A model generated the notes under the pieces. It was not told where the DNA came from and ran no database searches. It saw nothing but the letters and a program-made list of their open reading frames with translations. From contig CAVNZM010000006.1 in the NCBI GenBank assembly GCA_963693365.1, forward strand, positions 5,621,264-5,685,263: a stretch of 64,000 nucleotides of DNA. The letters run 5' to 3'. This document shows, one piece after another, positions 49,047 through 64,000 of this stretch (the stretch's first letter is position 1; every line of letters begins with the position of its first letter). Origin of the DNA: Amoebidium appalachense (lineage: Eukaryota; Protista; Ichthyosporea). Both the position numbers and the translations under genes were made by a program.

Positions 49047-49150
49047 ATTTCAAAAATAATAATTTTTTTCCTTTTGACTGGATTTATTCGACGGAAAGAT
49101 ATGCAAGTATGCATGGCATACTGAGAAGACAATAAAAACTTCACGAGTTA

Positions 49151-50926
49151 TCAGTAACAAGTGCATACTGAGATACCTGAACACTGTGTGAAATCATATA
49201 AATACTCAATGTGACGACCAACAGAATTCAACAAAAAGTCTGAAGTGTTCACATTGCCAGCCAGTGTAGCAGACACCCGTAGGGAAAGAGGCAAAACGCG
49301 ACATAAAAACTCACACCTGGCAACATGCTTTCGATTAAAAAGTTCAGCACAAAAGTGGCACCAGCGGCGATGGATACAAGAATTACAACGCCACTGCACA
49401 ACTTCCCAGGCAATATCAACATCAGAGCACCATACAGACTTATCTACTAGGGTGGTATCCATACGTACAGCAGGAGAAATGTATCCTGCCAAAGCTCCCA
49501 AAAAGCGATAATGATCAGTACGTTGTTGCCTAAAGAACATAACACATGCCGACTGAGTTTTACATTTGATTTCTCTATCAGAACGAGAAAGAAACTTATA
49601 CTGCGTATGGTAATAACTCGAAAAGGCAGAAAAAACAGGAAGAGAAAAGAAAGAGGGAGTGATATAGCGAGAGGAAGAATCAGGTGGAAAGAGGGTAGGC
49701 TGAGGACATTCAGAAGTGGCGTGGGTGAATCGGGGGGGAAGAGGGATGGAGGGAGGGGGGTGAAAGAAAGCATAAAGAGGGTGACCATCAGGTATCCTAA
49801 CTAAATGAAAACAAAAGCGAAGAGACAATTCCTCCACACGACAAGCAGCAGACGACAATGCAAACATACTGATTAAGGGAGGCATGAACCGAGTACGAAA
49901 TAAAGTGCGCAGCGCAGTACCCTAAAAATCATCGAACTCTTTCAGCGCCACGGCCGCCTCGCGAGGTGGGGCACAGGCCAATAGCGGAAGTCCGTATTCG
50001 AAAGTTGGCCGTAAAAAAGTTTTATAGTAGAGAAGAAGGTTCGCAGGATGGATCACAGACTCCCGTTGAAACATATTTGACACGATGTGAAGCTTACCCT
50101 TTGCACGAGCGATCCGTGCCGTGACTAGGAGCTTGCGGAAATCAATACCCCGTGCAGTAAAAGGAATACCCAAATGGTCATAGGTGTTCTGAACAGGAAT
50201 AAGAAGACCGGCCAATCGAAAGGAAGCGTTTTTCGATAAAGTAGCACACTTTGCAATTCCGACTGTCATGAGATTCTCGGTGCACCATTGATCCACCTGA
50301 CGAAGCATCTGGTGCATGACGTCTTTGGTTGAGGAACAAAGTACAATAACGTCCGCAAAAAGGAGACCCGGTACACGGCGGGTATGCAGTTGGCCAAAAG
50401 GTCCGAGGGCGCAGGCTAAATCGTCAATGAAAACGTCAAACAATAACGGACTCAGGAAGGACCCCTGCAGAAGACCCCGAGAACGAGAAAAACCGGGCGT
50501 TAATGTTCCATTGACCGCCGCTCGTCCGCGAGTGGTATCGAACAGGGCTTGCAGAAGACGGCCAAAGGGGGCTGGTAAGCCCCGCATAGCCAGCTTATGC
50601 CATAACAAACCAGTGGGTACGGTGTCGTAGGCGTTCTTAAGGTCGATGAAGACAACGTGCGGAGAGCCAGAAGTAATGGATTCATGGAGCAACAGGCTGT
50701 GGGTATAACATGAATGGGCATGACGAAAGCCCCCTTGAAGGGAAGGAAGACGGAACACGGCTTTTAAAGAATCGTCGGTGTTAAACCCACGACGCATGCA
50801 ACCCTCGAAGAGCCGACGAAAAACGTTGGTAAGTGCGACGGGACGAAAGTCGTTAATGACCCCCTGCGATACCTTCTTACGAACGGGCGTAACGATTGTG
50901 TCAAGCCACGAATTTGGAATAAACCC
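49151..50926 (-). mobile_element. 5'-truncated, degenerate non-LTR retrotransposon (RT domain plus C-terminal CCHC knuckle)
   Basis: One frame reads GFIPNSWLDTIVTPVRKK..FRPVALTNVFRRLFE..GGFR..VFIDLKNAYDTV..LWHKL..GLLQGSFLSPLLFDVFIDDL..LLFADV..HLGIPF. The catalytic FADD is mutated to FADV. An in-frame TAG at 49922-49924 is followed by the same frame continuing to CHFCAELFNRKHVARC. Confidence 0.92.
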
Positions 50927-51260
50927 AAAAATTCAACTTTCAATATAAACCCCATGCCATTTGTGAGAGAAAGTGCGCAGAAACCTGGGGAGAAAATGAA
51001 ATCTTGATTATAAAGTGGGGGTTGGTTAGCTAGGATTTATGTATGTCTACCAGTGAAAAAATCTGGTTCGAGCTGCCCGTTATCGCTTAGCGTAAGCATA
51101 TATGGATGGGGTAGAAATCGATTTTTCCAAGGGCTGACACATCAACATCCATTATGTAATTGCCCCCCACTTTATTAGTAGGATTTGTTTTTTAGGGCAA
51201 GTTTCTGCGCTCATTCTCTCACAAATGACGTGGGGTTTATATTGAAAGTTGAATTTTCGG
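50925..51260. mobile_element. MITE-like element with ~60-bp inverted repeats abutting the 5' break of the LINE
   Basis: AAAATTCAACTTTCAATATAAACCCCA..ATTTGTGAGAGAA..GCGCAGAAAC (50927-50984) against its reverse complement at 51201-51258. Confidence 0.8.
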
Positions 51261-51668
51261 ACCTTCCGGGCTCGATTGGCCGACTGGATCAGTTATGGAA
51301 TTTGGTCGATCTTGATCGGCTGCACATCCCCAACATTTATTTGAAAACCATCCCCCAAGTCTCCTTAAGTGGGGAGGGCGGAGCGCGGTTGTCGGGGTGC
51401 CGTTTGTGATGACAAAATGAGGGACCGAGCGCTGAGATCAGCGTTGCGATGGTTCGCAGGAAATCAGCTGCACCCCCATGTTTGGTATGTGACCACTTGT
51501 GGGGTGTTTTTTCCTTCTCTTTTCGGTGTGTGTGTGTGTTTTTTTTTTTTTTTGTTTGTTTTTTTGTCCTCCTCCAACCATATCTGAGTGCACGTGTTGG
51601 GGGTACATGTCGTGGCCTAGTGGAGCAGGTTGATGACAGGCAATAATGGCTTAGTATATGAATTCTCC

Positions 51669-51705
<37 letters not shown>

Positions 51706-52989
51706 AGTTTTTCACACCGCCGGAACTGGGACGTTTTATGGGACGGCAGTGAGTTCGGTTTGTTGTGTGTATCTGCTGTTTGTGGCAGGTGAAGGAGGTG
51801 GCAATAAGCCAACACAAAAAAAACCTAACCCGCCTTAACAAAATCTCTCAATGTTTGAATACTCGCTTCCCCAGGCGCAGAAAAAGATGTCTACCGCAAG
51901 TGCCGCCGCATTCAACAAAAACACCGGCTGGACGGGAGTGGAGAATATGCCGGCATGCCCGAGGCACATTTGGAAGAAGACGCACAGGACCTTACTCTGG
52001 GTGGAGCAACAAAGGCAGCATAATTGCACAGGGGGGATTAATAAGCTGTTTATTGTCGACATGCAAGATGCATGTGGGCTGTGGTAAGGTGCCAGCGCTA
52101 AGACCAACAATGCTTCCATTCATAAAGTCTAAATACAGATATGGAAGACGAAGTTACGTATACAAGTTAAACATCCTATGTGGATATATAACGTCTCCCT
52201 TTTTTCCTCTTTTTCGTTTCTTTCCCTTTTTTTTTTTGGAACAATCGCCGAGCTTAATGCATTGTTTTACCACTTTGCTTGAATCTTGATAACGGCCTAT
52301 CCCCCATTGCTGCCCATTTGTTGGGTACCCGTCCATCAACCCTTTAGGCAGAGTCCATATTTCGGACCTTTTTTTTTTTTTTTTTTTTTTGGTGGGGGGG
52401 GGGGGGGGGGGGGGGGGGGGTGTTCAAAATAGCACGTTAAGTTCAAAATGGACACACATCCTCAGGAGGGCTATTCCCATGTATAAATAGGCTCAGCGTG
52501 TGATCGTTTATCGCACATCATCACCGTGTCCTTAACTGAACTGCCACATAAAATTTGTTGTCTGGGAATATTTTGGTAATTCTCTATGGTGATCATGAAT
52601 TGAACTCTTTTCAGTAATTATCGCCATACAATGATTATTTACAGTTCTTGGGTGATTTCACACCGTTGCACTAAGATTTGGTTCCTGATTTGTTTACAGG
52701 CAGCCAGGGGGGGGGGGGGGGGGGGGGATGGGGGGGATGTTTTGGCGCGAATGTGGCCCTAGGAAGGGAATCTCATAAAACTTCGTGTTGTGTGTGTATG
52801 TGCCGAAGGGAGAGGGGTGGGAGGGTGGATGTTTGAGGCTGGGGCAGGACACAGGGAGGGAGGAGGGGGAGGTGGGATGAGGGATTTCAATGAGAGAAGG
52901 GGGGGGAAGGGGGGGGGGGGGGGGGGGGGGGGGTAAGACATGTGGTGGAAAAAGGTTGTTATCAAAGGGTGCAATCCAACCCATATTCT

Positions 52990-53030
<41 letters not shown>

Positions 53031-53166
53031 CTAATAGCATCGTAGCACCCTAGCTAGAGTACTTTCGGTGCTGGGTGGAAGACGGTAGTTCCTCCTGAGG
53101 GCCCTTAGGGGTACCTTCGGGAACAAAACGGGATAAAATAAAAAATGTGTGTGTGTGTTGGGGCCC

Positions 53167-53199
<33 letters not shown>

Positions 53200-53293
53200 G
53201 GGGGGGGGGGGGGGGGGGGGCTAGACATGGATGAATGTTGTTGTTGCCTGTTTTTCAACTCTTTTCTTTTTTTTTTTTTTTTTTTTTTTTTGT

Positions 53294-53325
<32 letters not shown>

Positions 53326-54804
53326 GCTCGATCGAGGTGGGGGCTTCGTAGGCCGTATGCGCTTGTATGATGAATCTAGAAGAATATATGCAAAAAAAAT
53401 ATGCCCGAAACCGGAAACTAACTTACTACGACAGTAGCTAGTCATTACTGAAATCCTGGATTATGCATGGGTCACTTGACTGACTTTTGAATTTCTAAAA
53501 GATGTGTGTTACAGTACACATGTAAAACAAGATTCGGAAAAGGAAAAAGGAATTCTGGCTCTAGTTTTATCTGGCCTTCGAATTCCTGTGTGAGCCTATC
53601 GATAACCACCACACCCTGGGGGGGAGATTGTGGTGAAGGTGAGCCCAGGGGGCCCATTCGTTGATCACCCTCTGAGGAAAACATGCGTGGCCAGCCTGTG
53701 TAAGAAGCAGTGCAAGAAAGATAGCCGCTTATGATGATACATCATCGGATATCTAATTAAACTGGGGTGTTTACTACTGTTTAGCAGCTACTTCTTCCTG
53801 CCTGATTTCGTTATGAATTGTGGGTCATAACTAATGTGTTGTAACCATCTTGGCGCCTTCATTCATACATACATGTAAGGGTGTTGGTTTTTAATGTTTT
53901 TGTGACCGTTTTCGAGTAGAGGCTAGGAAAAAAACAGCCCCTCGTAACCGTTGCCCGGGGATTCCGGCGGGGAATTCTCATGATCATGCCCAAGTGGTCA
54001 ATAGCCAATCAAAGCGAGTAATCTATCTATTGGCTCCCTGGAGATTTGAGCAATTTGAGCTCTGTCGCATGTGCATGACTGCTAATATGGAGCCAACACG
54101 CAGCCATTTCACTATCATCTCACGAGGTCAATCTCTAAAAAAAACACAATTGGTAATTAGTTTTCGACTAGAAGAAACGACCAATTCATCAACTTTCATG
54201 GGTTAAAAGACCGTCGCATTGGCGTGGGCGGCACGGTGGCCCGTTTTGGCTAGTAGTTTTGGCGTTTTCGTGGCTCATGCTCACATGCACACGTACGTAG
54301 GTGCACGAAGACCTGGGCCAGCCTTTGCTCATTTCCTTGGCTCCAAAATCGTGTGCAACATGATTTTCAAAATAAGTTGGCGGCTCTTTTCATCAGTTTA
54401 CTAAGTCAACTTGAAAGAGAACTATTACTTCCAAACATATAGGTTTTATATATAACACCGCCATATGGAAATGCGAAAACAGTACGGTTCAAGGGTTCCG
54501 GCAATAAACCCCTCGGCCAATAGATAGGCTTGCGATATCTGCATATGAATGTCTTTTGACCATTCAGCGTGGAGGTTCCGTGATCATAAAAGGTAAGCAC
54601 TGGTCTTTCTTGATTTGTCAAACTACATTCCATGAGCCACCGCCACCGGATATAAAAAAGCCGACCCTACCTTCACAACGACATCAGAAGTTTCTCTGGC
54701 GTGTGTCGACACAACCGATTATAGTTCACTATCGTTCTCTCTATCTCGCTACACTTTTACGTTTTTCCTCCCTTTTTTTACCTTTTCTTTTAATCTTGAC
54801 TAAA

Positions 54805-56925
54805 ATGGCACCAAAAACGAAACTGGTCTCCACCTCTGTGGCACTTCTGTGTGCCCTCGCCGCCCAGAGCGCTCCCCTTGAGAAGAGAGACGTTGGCGTT
54901 GCTGCGACCTGCACCACCACCACGAAGCAGTGCTTGGCCGTTTCCAACGCTAACCTTAACAACTGGTGCCGTGGTTTAGAGCCTGCCCACTATGACTGTA
55001 ACCCTGGTGTGGCTGGTTACTGTGCCTGGAAAACTGTGACAACGACAGTCTCATGCACAGCTGCTACTTCAACCACTACGACAGCTGCCCCTTCCACTCC
55101 GGTGAGTGCAGGGTTGCTTTTTGCAAAGAGAGTCTTGTTACGCCCAGAAACAAGTGTAAAGCAGATCAAAAGAGAAAGTTAGAGAGCTCCCTTAAATATG
55201 TGGGTTCTCGGTTCTCAGCTTCCGTTCAAGTTGCCCTTGTTGCATAGTGGTTGGCATTCATTGCATGTCTGGAATCCGGTCGCAATGCGCCTCAGTCAAA
55301 GGGATTATAATGAGTTTTCTAGAGGCTGGAGCGTACAGTTAAGGGTGAGGGCCACATTTAACCGTTAAGTTTGCATGTTTCCAGTAATGAACACTGAAGT
55401 CGCAAATTCAAATGCAAGAAAAATAGGATGGATTTCAAGCCTGGCAGATAATATATATGTATGCACCTCGCATCTGCTTGGTGGCGTGCTTTAGCTCATA
55501 CCTAGTTGACATTGCTTGAGAATTACTATATAATGGCAATATAAACCTCAGTGTCTCAGAGTGTTGTCTTTGTGTTTGCAAATGTTACTGTGAAGTCTCG
55601 TTTAAGCCACATGCTGTTGACAATGTGCTGATAATAACTGCTGGACGAGCTGGTCAGTTCGGATCCCACATCATAGTCACAGAGTAGTACTTTCTAATAC
55701 TGTAACATCCGATTCCTCTACTTTACAGGCAGTTCCAACCACTTCAGCCACTCCCGTGCCCACCACCACCACAAGTGTCCAGACCACCACCGCAGCAGCA
55801 ACCACAAGCACTACTACAGCCGTCATCACCACTACCACTGGCGTCACCACCACATCCGTTCCTCCTGCAACCACCACCACGAATGTTGTCATCCAGCCCA
55901 CTTCCGTAACCAGCATTCCCCGCCGTGCTCTTATTGGTTACTGGCACAACTTTGAAAACGGTTCCGGTTACATCAAAATCAAGGACACACCACCAGCGTG
56001 GGACATTATCAACTTGTCCTTTGCCGAGAACTCACGCAGCGGTGTCCCAGGCGAGGTAGACTTTATCCTTTGCCCCAAGCTGGAGTGCGGTGCGGCAGCT
56101 GAAACCGAAGACGAATTCAAAGCCGGAATCAAGTCACTTCAGGCTCAGGGGAAGAAGGTCATCATGTCACTGGGCGGCGCAAACGCCCACATCGCGCTCC
56201 CCGACACACAAGCGCGCGATAACTTTGTGCGAACAATGGGTGACCTCATTGCCAAATATGGTCTTGACGGTCTGGACCTAGACCTCGAGGGTGGCTCGTT
56301 CAACCTTAACCCCGGTGACACAGACTTCACCAAGCCCACCACCCCAGCCGTGGTCAACATGATCAGTGCTGTGAAAACACTCAAGCAACGGTTCGGCCCC
56401 AACTTCATTCTGACCATGGCGCCCGAGGTTGCCTACGTGCAGGGTGCAGCGACATATTACGGCGGAATTTGGGGCGCATATCTCCCCGTTATCCACGGGC
56501 TTCGCAACGACCTCAACATTCTTCAGGTCCAGCTTTACAACACGGGTGGTAATGTTGGTAGCGACGGGGTCACCTACAACAGCGGCACACAGGATTTCCT
56601 CGCCGCAATGTCCGATATGATGATCACCGGCTTCCGACTGGGTGGGGGTGCAACGGGCACAACATTCTTCCTGGGTCTTCGTGCTGACCAAGTGGCTCTT
56701 GGTTTGCCTTCCGGCGCTAAATCTGCAAGCTCGGGCTATACCACCGTTACCAATGTTCAGAAAGCTGTGGATTGTTTGGTGAAGGGCACTAACTGTGCGG
56801 CTTACAAGCCCACGGCCAAGCACACTGAATTCCGCGGGCTCATGACGTGGTCTATTAACTGGGATAAGGCCGATGGGTTCAACTTCTCTAGGCCCCATCG
56901 CACGTACCTTAACCAACTAGCATAA
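54805..56925 (+). CDS. Secreted GH18 chitinase (bacterial ChiD/ChiA-like catalytic domain), about 497 aa, 2 exons
   Basis: Exons 54805-55101 and 55729-56925. Signal peptide, LEKR, a six-Cys module and a Thr-rich linker precede GYWHNF, SLGG, DGLDLDLE (DxxDxDxE), LTMAPE, GAYLP, VQLYN and GLMTWSINWD. Confidence 0.95.
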
Positions 56926-57603
56926 GTGACATTAAATGCTTAAAGCAGTGAAGACGGTTAACGTTTCTGTACCTAACTTCTTTGACCTAAGTAGGACTCG
57001 TGAGTAGGGTCTACGGTAGTGTGATGTCTGTATGGCTATCTCTTGGTCACTCAGCAAGCCTCCGGTAAATCATTGAATAGACACAGTTTTATGTGGGTCC
57101 GGTCAGATGTACTCTTTAAAGCAAAACCTCTCAATACCAGAATGTTGAGTTATCTAAGTTTAAGTACGTGGGCACGATTTACTTTAGCATATCATATTCA
57201 CGTGATTATTGACATGGATGATACCATGACCGAGAGAAAAAACAACTGTAGATAAAGCAACAGAATAGTAGTACTAGTAGAGCCGGTCTATTTCCCACCC
57301 TGTGGCGGGTTGCTTGTACCTCCTTGTTATCAAGCCTTCCCCCTCCCTCCCCCCCCCCCCCCCCCCCCCTCTTCCCCCCGACGTTTTCCCCTCAGTTTCC
57401 ACCTCGATTTTTCAAAGTCTTCTTAATTCTGCCTGCTTAGTAATCCCCCCCCCCCCCCCCCCTCTCAAAAAAAAAAAAAAAAACCCAAGCTAATCCGGGT
57501 CCCCAGCCATGACTCCCTGCCAGTGACAACCCCCTTTGCTAGTTTCTTCCCCTTACAGCCCCCCCCCCCCCCCCCCCCCCTCCCCCTTCCCCCCTCCCTT
57601 CCT

Positions 57604-57634
<31 letters not shown>

Positions 57635-57731
57635 TCTCTCTCCCCCCCCCTCCCCCTCCCCCCCCCTCTCCTCTTTCTCTCTCTCTCTCTCTCTACCCCC
57701 CCCCTCCCCCCCCCCGTTTCTCTCTCCCCAA

Positions 57732-57763
<32 letters not shown>

Positions 57764-58456
57764 ATCTCCCCCCCCTCACCCCCCCCTCCCCCTTCGGAGA
57801 AAATCAAAAAAAAAAAATAAAAAAGAGTCAGAGCCACCCCCTTAACATAACGTTCTGGTATTCCAAATCTTGGTTTTCTTTTTAGTCCTTCAAACAGTTG
57901 TTCATTATTTTCTCTAGTACCCCGTACATGAAACCTTTTTCCTATCAACCCCTTCCTTCGTGTGCCGTCTCTGCTAGTACCCATAAACCTTTCTATTTAA
58001 TCTCCAACCTAAACGGCAAATCCCCCATGTGCATTCCTTCCTGTACATGTGCCCTTAGGCTTGTCACGTGTTTATGATATGATATTCCTTTTTTCCAGCT
58101 TTTTTTAGTACAGCTAGATTATTGTTGGGTTCCGAACAACAACACGTGCAAGAGACTATGCAGTCAAGTAAGGCATGCGCACAGTCTTCGCAGAAGTGGA
58201 TTCACCAACGAGAACAGCAAATGCATGTTTGTGCGCGCCATACAGGTACGTATAGGTACAACATTTGCGCACACACTGAACATACAGCGCACGTGCACTG
58301 TGCATAGGAACGTCCAGGGATACTTAGTAGGCATACACGATTGTGCACTCGCGCACACACACACAAACGCGCGTGCACACACCAACACACACACACACTC
58401 TCTCTCTCTGCCAGACACACACGCGCGCGCACACCCCCCCGCACACAGGCACACAT

Positions 58457-58510
<54 letters not shown>

Positions 58511-58651
58511 ACAACCCCACCCCCACCCCCACCCCCACCCCCACCCACGGGCACTCACCCACCCACGCGGTTGGCTTTGGGAAAGGGGTGGACGGTGGCG
58601 GTAGGAAATATCGAAGTCCCACTGGTGATCATGAGGGCCCAACCACACCGA

Positions 58652-59052
58652 CAGAGTTGCTCTGAGCAGAACTATTCTGCAAAAAGCAGAAATATTCTGA
58701 ATATTTTTCCAACTGAAGCTTCAGCAGAATTATTCTGCAAAAGCCCATTTATTCTGCCCAAAGCAGAATTTTTCTTTTCTGATCAAAAGAAATATTATTC
58801 TGCAAAACGAAGAATTAATTTGCTCACGACAGCAGAAAAAACTTGCTCAAAGCAGAACAATTCACCCCTGGCAGCACAGGAGCCTCAGGCTTTTAGAATG
58901 CATAACCATTCTGCCTTTGTTATTTTATTTTTAAAGGCACGTTAATTATGCTAAAAACAGAATAATCCTTGGTGAACGGCTTATTTTCTGGTGCCGTGAT
59001 TACAAGCAGACCAATCGGCTTCCTGCAGAATTCTTTTTTTTTTTTCTTTCCC

Positions 59053-59101
<49 letters not shown>

Positions 59102-59250
59102 ACCACCACCACCATTACCACCAAGAAAGGCTCTGCTTTTTCCAAATCAAATTTCTGCCAAATATGCAAAATCATTCCGCCTTTTTAGAATACGGTCTGC
59201 TTTGCAAACCAATTCTTCTGAAACCAATTTACAATTATTCTGCCTGTTGG
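58652..59250. repeat. Cluster of GCAGAA/TTCTGC motifs, likely DNA-transposon (hAT-like MITE) remnants
   Basis: More than ten GCAGAA or TTCTGC hexamers in both orientations; candidate ends CAGAGTTG...CACCCCTG (58652-58870). Confidence 0.5.
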
Positions 59251-60208
59251 CAAATAAATCTGCGCACGCTCTTGTGTGTGGGGGTGTGTGTGTTCCATGT
59301 CAGAGTCACGGTGTGTTTTCTATGTGGCTGGATGGGTTTTATGATCATCACCTATTTGATGGGGAAACTTTGAAAGAGGGGTGGTGTAAATTTCAGGAGA
59401 TTTTTTCTGGGGGAAGACGTTAATCGTGTACATGTTGCATGAGGGAGTGCTAGCCTTTCAATTTCTTGCTGCCCCATATAGTGAGTGAGTGAGTGAGACT
59501 CGCAGACTCGGTGTGTGTGCATACCTGTGTATGTCTTGCGGCATGCATGTACATACTGTGCGACTCCTGTACACTCAAGCACACACACCCTAGGATCGAT
59601 AACATACACATGTGATTTATAAACGTTACTGGTACAAGGACTGGTGTCCGGAGAGAGGGCAGGGAACATATACGCCAATCAAGTAAAAAGGCATTTTTTC
59701 AGACGTTTTTTTTTTTATTTATTTATTTTTTTTTATTTTTTTTTATTCAGCGTACCCCAGCTAGCGTTTCAACTTCTGCCATACATAACATGGAGAACTT
59801 TATTTCACAAAAGCCTTGCTACATATCCAAAAACTTCTTGGATAAGACCCCACATGCATATATATCCAAAATGTACCACACCTTACATCTAATGGTGAGT
59901 TAACGTTGTGGAAACAGCCTTTTTCTTTTGATGATACTTTTCCTAGAGCTTCTCCCTTCGAGTTTTGGAATACAAAATGCTGGAAAAGAAATTACTATTT
60001 AGTGCTCTCTCTGCTCAGCAAAATCGTCATTCATAGGTGCATGTTTCGGAAGAGCTAAAATAAACCAATACTGGTAGATATTTGGAAAGTATTACTTGTT
60101 CGGAGTAGATGAAAACCCCTCAACTATAGTAGCATCCCCCCCCCCCCCCCCCCCCCCAAAACCAAACAAAAAGGCGTGACCGTTACAAGACAACGGAGAA
60201 CAAGAAGC

Positions 60209-60316
<108 letters not shown>

Positions 60317-60607
60317 TATGTGCGCGCGCGCGCGCGCGGGGAGGGGGGGGGGGGGGGGGAGAGGGCTGTGACAAGCATGTGCTTAGAACAGATATTGAAG
60401 GACTGGATGCTGTTCAGACTTCCTTACGTCAAATAAAGAGAAATCTCACAACAACCAAAAAAAAATAAAAAGGGAGGGAGGGAAGGGGGGGGGGGGGGAG
60501 GGGGGGGGGAAGGAACCGTTTATCTATTTGCTTTGTTGAGCTGCGTCTACATTATCCTTATAGTTAATAGTTCAGGTATATGGCTTAGTAAATTTTAACA
60601 TTAAAAG

Positions 60608-63352
<2,745 letters not shown>

Positions 63353-63459
63353 CTACAAACAGTGGCCGAATTTAGAATGTGGGTCAGGGTGGTGGGTGGC
63401 GCAAGCAGAAACAGCAGAGAAAAGGATGGGAGGGGGAGGGGGGGGGGGGGGGGGGGGGG

Positions 63460-63604
63460 ATGTATGCGTTAGGGGGTTGGAAATATCGAGGAGACAACAA
63501 AGGGCAGCAACAAAACGTCACAAAAATGAGAAACACAAAATCGAACAATTTAAGCGCGTAGGCAGAGGACACTTGAACAGAGCCCATCATCAGGGGGTTT
63601 CCTG
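63460..63604 (-). mobile_element. Subfamily A copy (3' part) in VPS52 intron
   Basis: Near-identical to 24814-24955 (CACTTGAACAGAGCCCATCATCAGGGGG). Confidence 0.85.
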
Positions 63605-63916
63605 GGGGGGGGATGTGTGTGTGTGGGGGGAGGGGGGAGGGGAGGATGCTGCATACTGCAGATAGTAGAAAGACAATACAAAAAAAACTACCGTGCAGGG
63701 GGGAGGGGAAGTGAGAGTGGGTAAGAAAAGGGGAGGGGGAGGGGGAAAGGGTTGCCCCCCGGGGGCGGCGGCGGGGGAAGGGGGGGGGGGGGGGGGGGGG
63801 GGGTATTGTGCCTATACGTGCAGGTTCATGGGTGTGTCACACGAGGCACAAGGGGGTTCTCAAAGGGTTTGGGGTGGGTTGGAGGTGTAGGTGATGATGA
63901 GGGAAGAGGAGAGTTG

Positions 63917-63947
<31 letters not shown>

Positions 63948-63950
63948 GGT

Positions 63951-63995
<45 letters not shown>

Positions 63996-64000
63996 AGGGG

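Noticed and set aside
51369-52090. Short exon-like segments with GT donors after the TE block
   Set aside because: I could not join them into a recognisable protein or into the arrestin C domain, so they are left unannotated.
56278-56916. 212-aa antisense ORF
   Set aside because: Shadow of the chitinase exon's codon bias; no recognisable motifs.

Overview
Eukaryotic, intron-rich genomic DNA full of (CA)n/(GT)n, (CT)n and poly-C/poly-G tracts. Almost all ORFs in the supplied six-frame track are microsatellite artefacts. The proteins look animal-like, so a unicellular holozoan such as an ichthyosporean is my inference only. Genes reconstructed by hand from GT-AG exons: COG6 (+, 21 exons, 5'-partial); a SAMHD1-like HD dNTPase (-); a tail-anchored Mff-like protein (+); a CAP-Gly/coiled-coil protein followed by arrestin-fold exons (+); a degenerate non-LTR retrotransposon RT (-); a secreted GH18 chitinase with a bacterial-type, intronless catalytic domain (+); and the 3' end of VPS52 (-). 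The most striking observation is a multicopy intronic element of about 380 nt with two subfamilies and more than 12 copies or fragments. Every copy is sense to its host gene and sits in C-rich tracts. Its conserved core carries all hammerhead catalytic motifs (CUGANGA, C-GAAA, GUU) with covarying helices, but the strand order is not a circular permutation of type I/II/III hammerheads. Also present are several MITE-like inverted-repeat elements and repeated degenerate 'echo' copies of exon boundaries.
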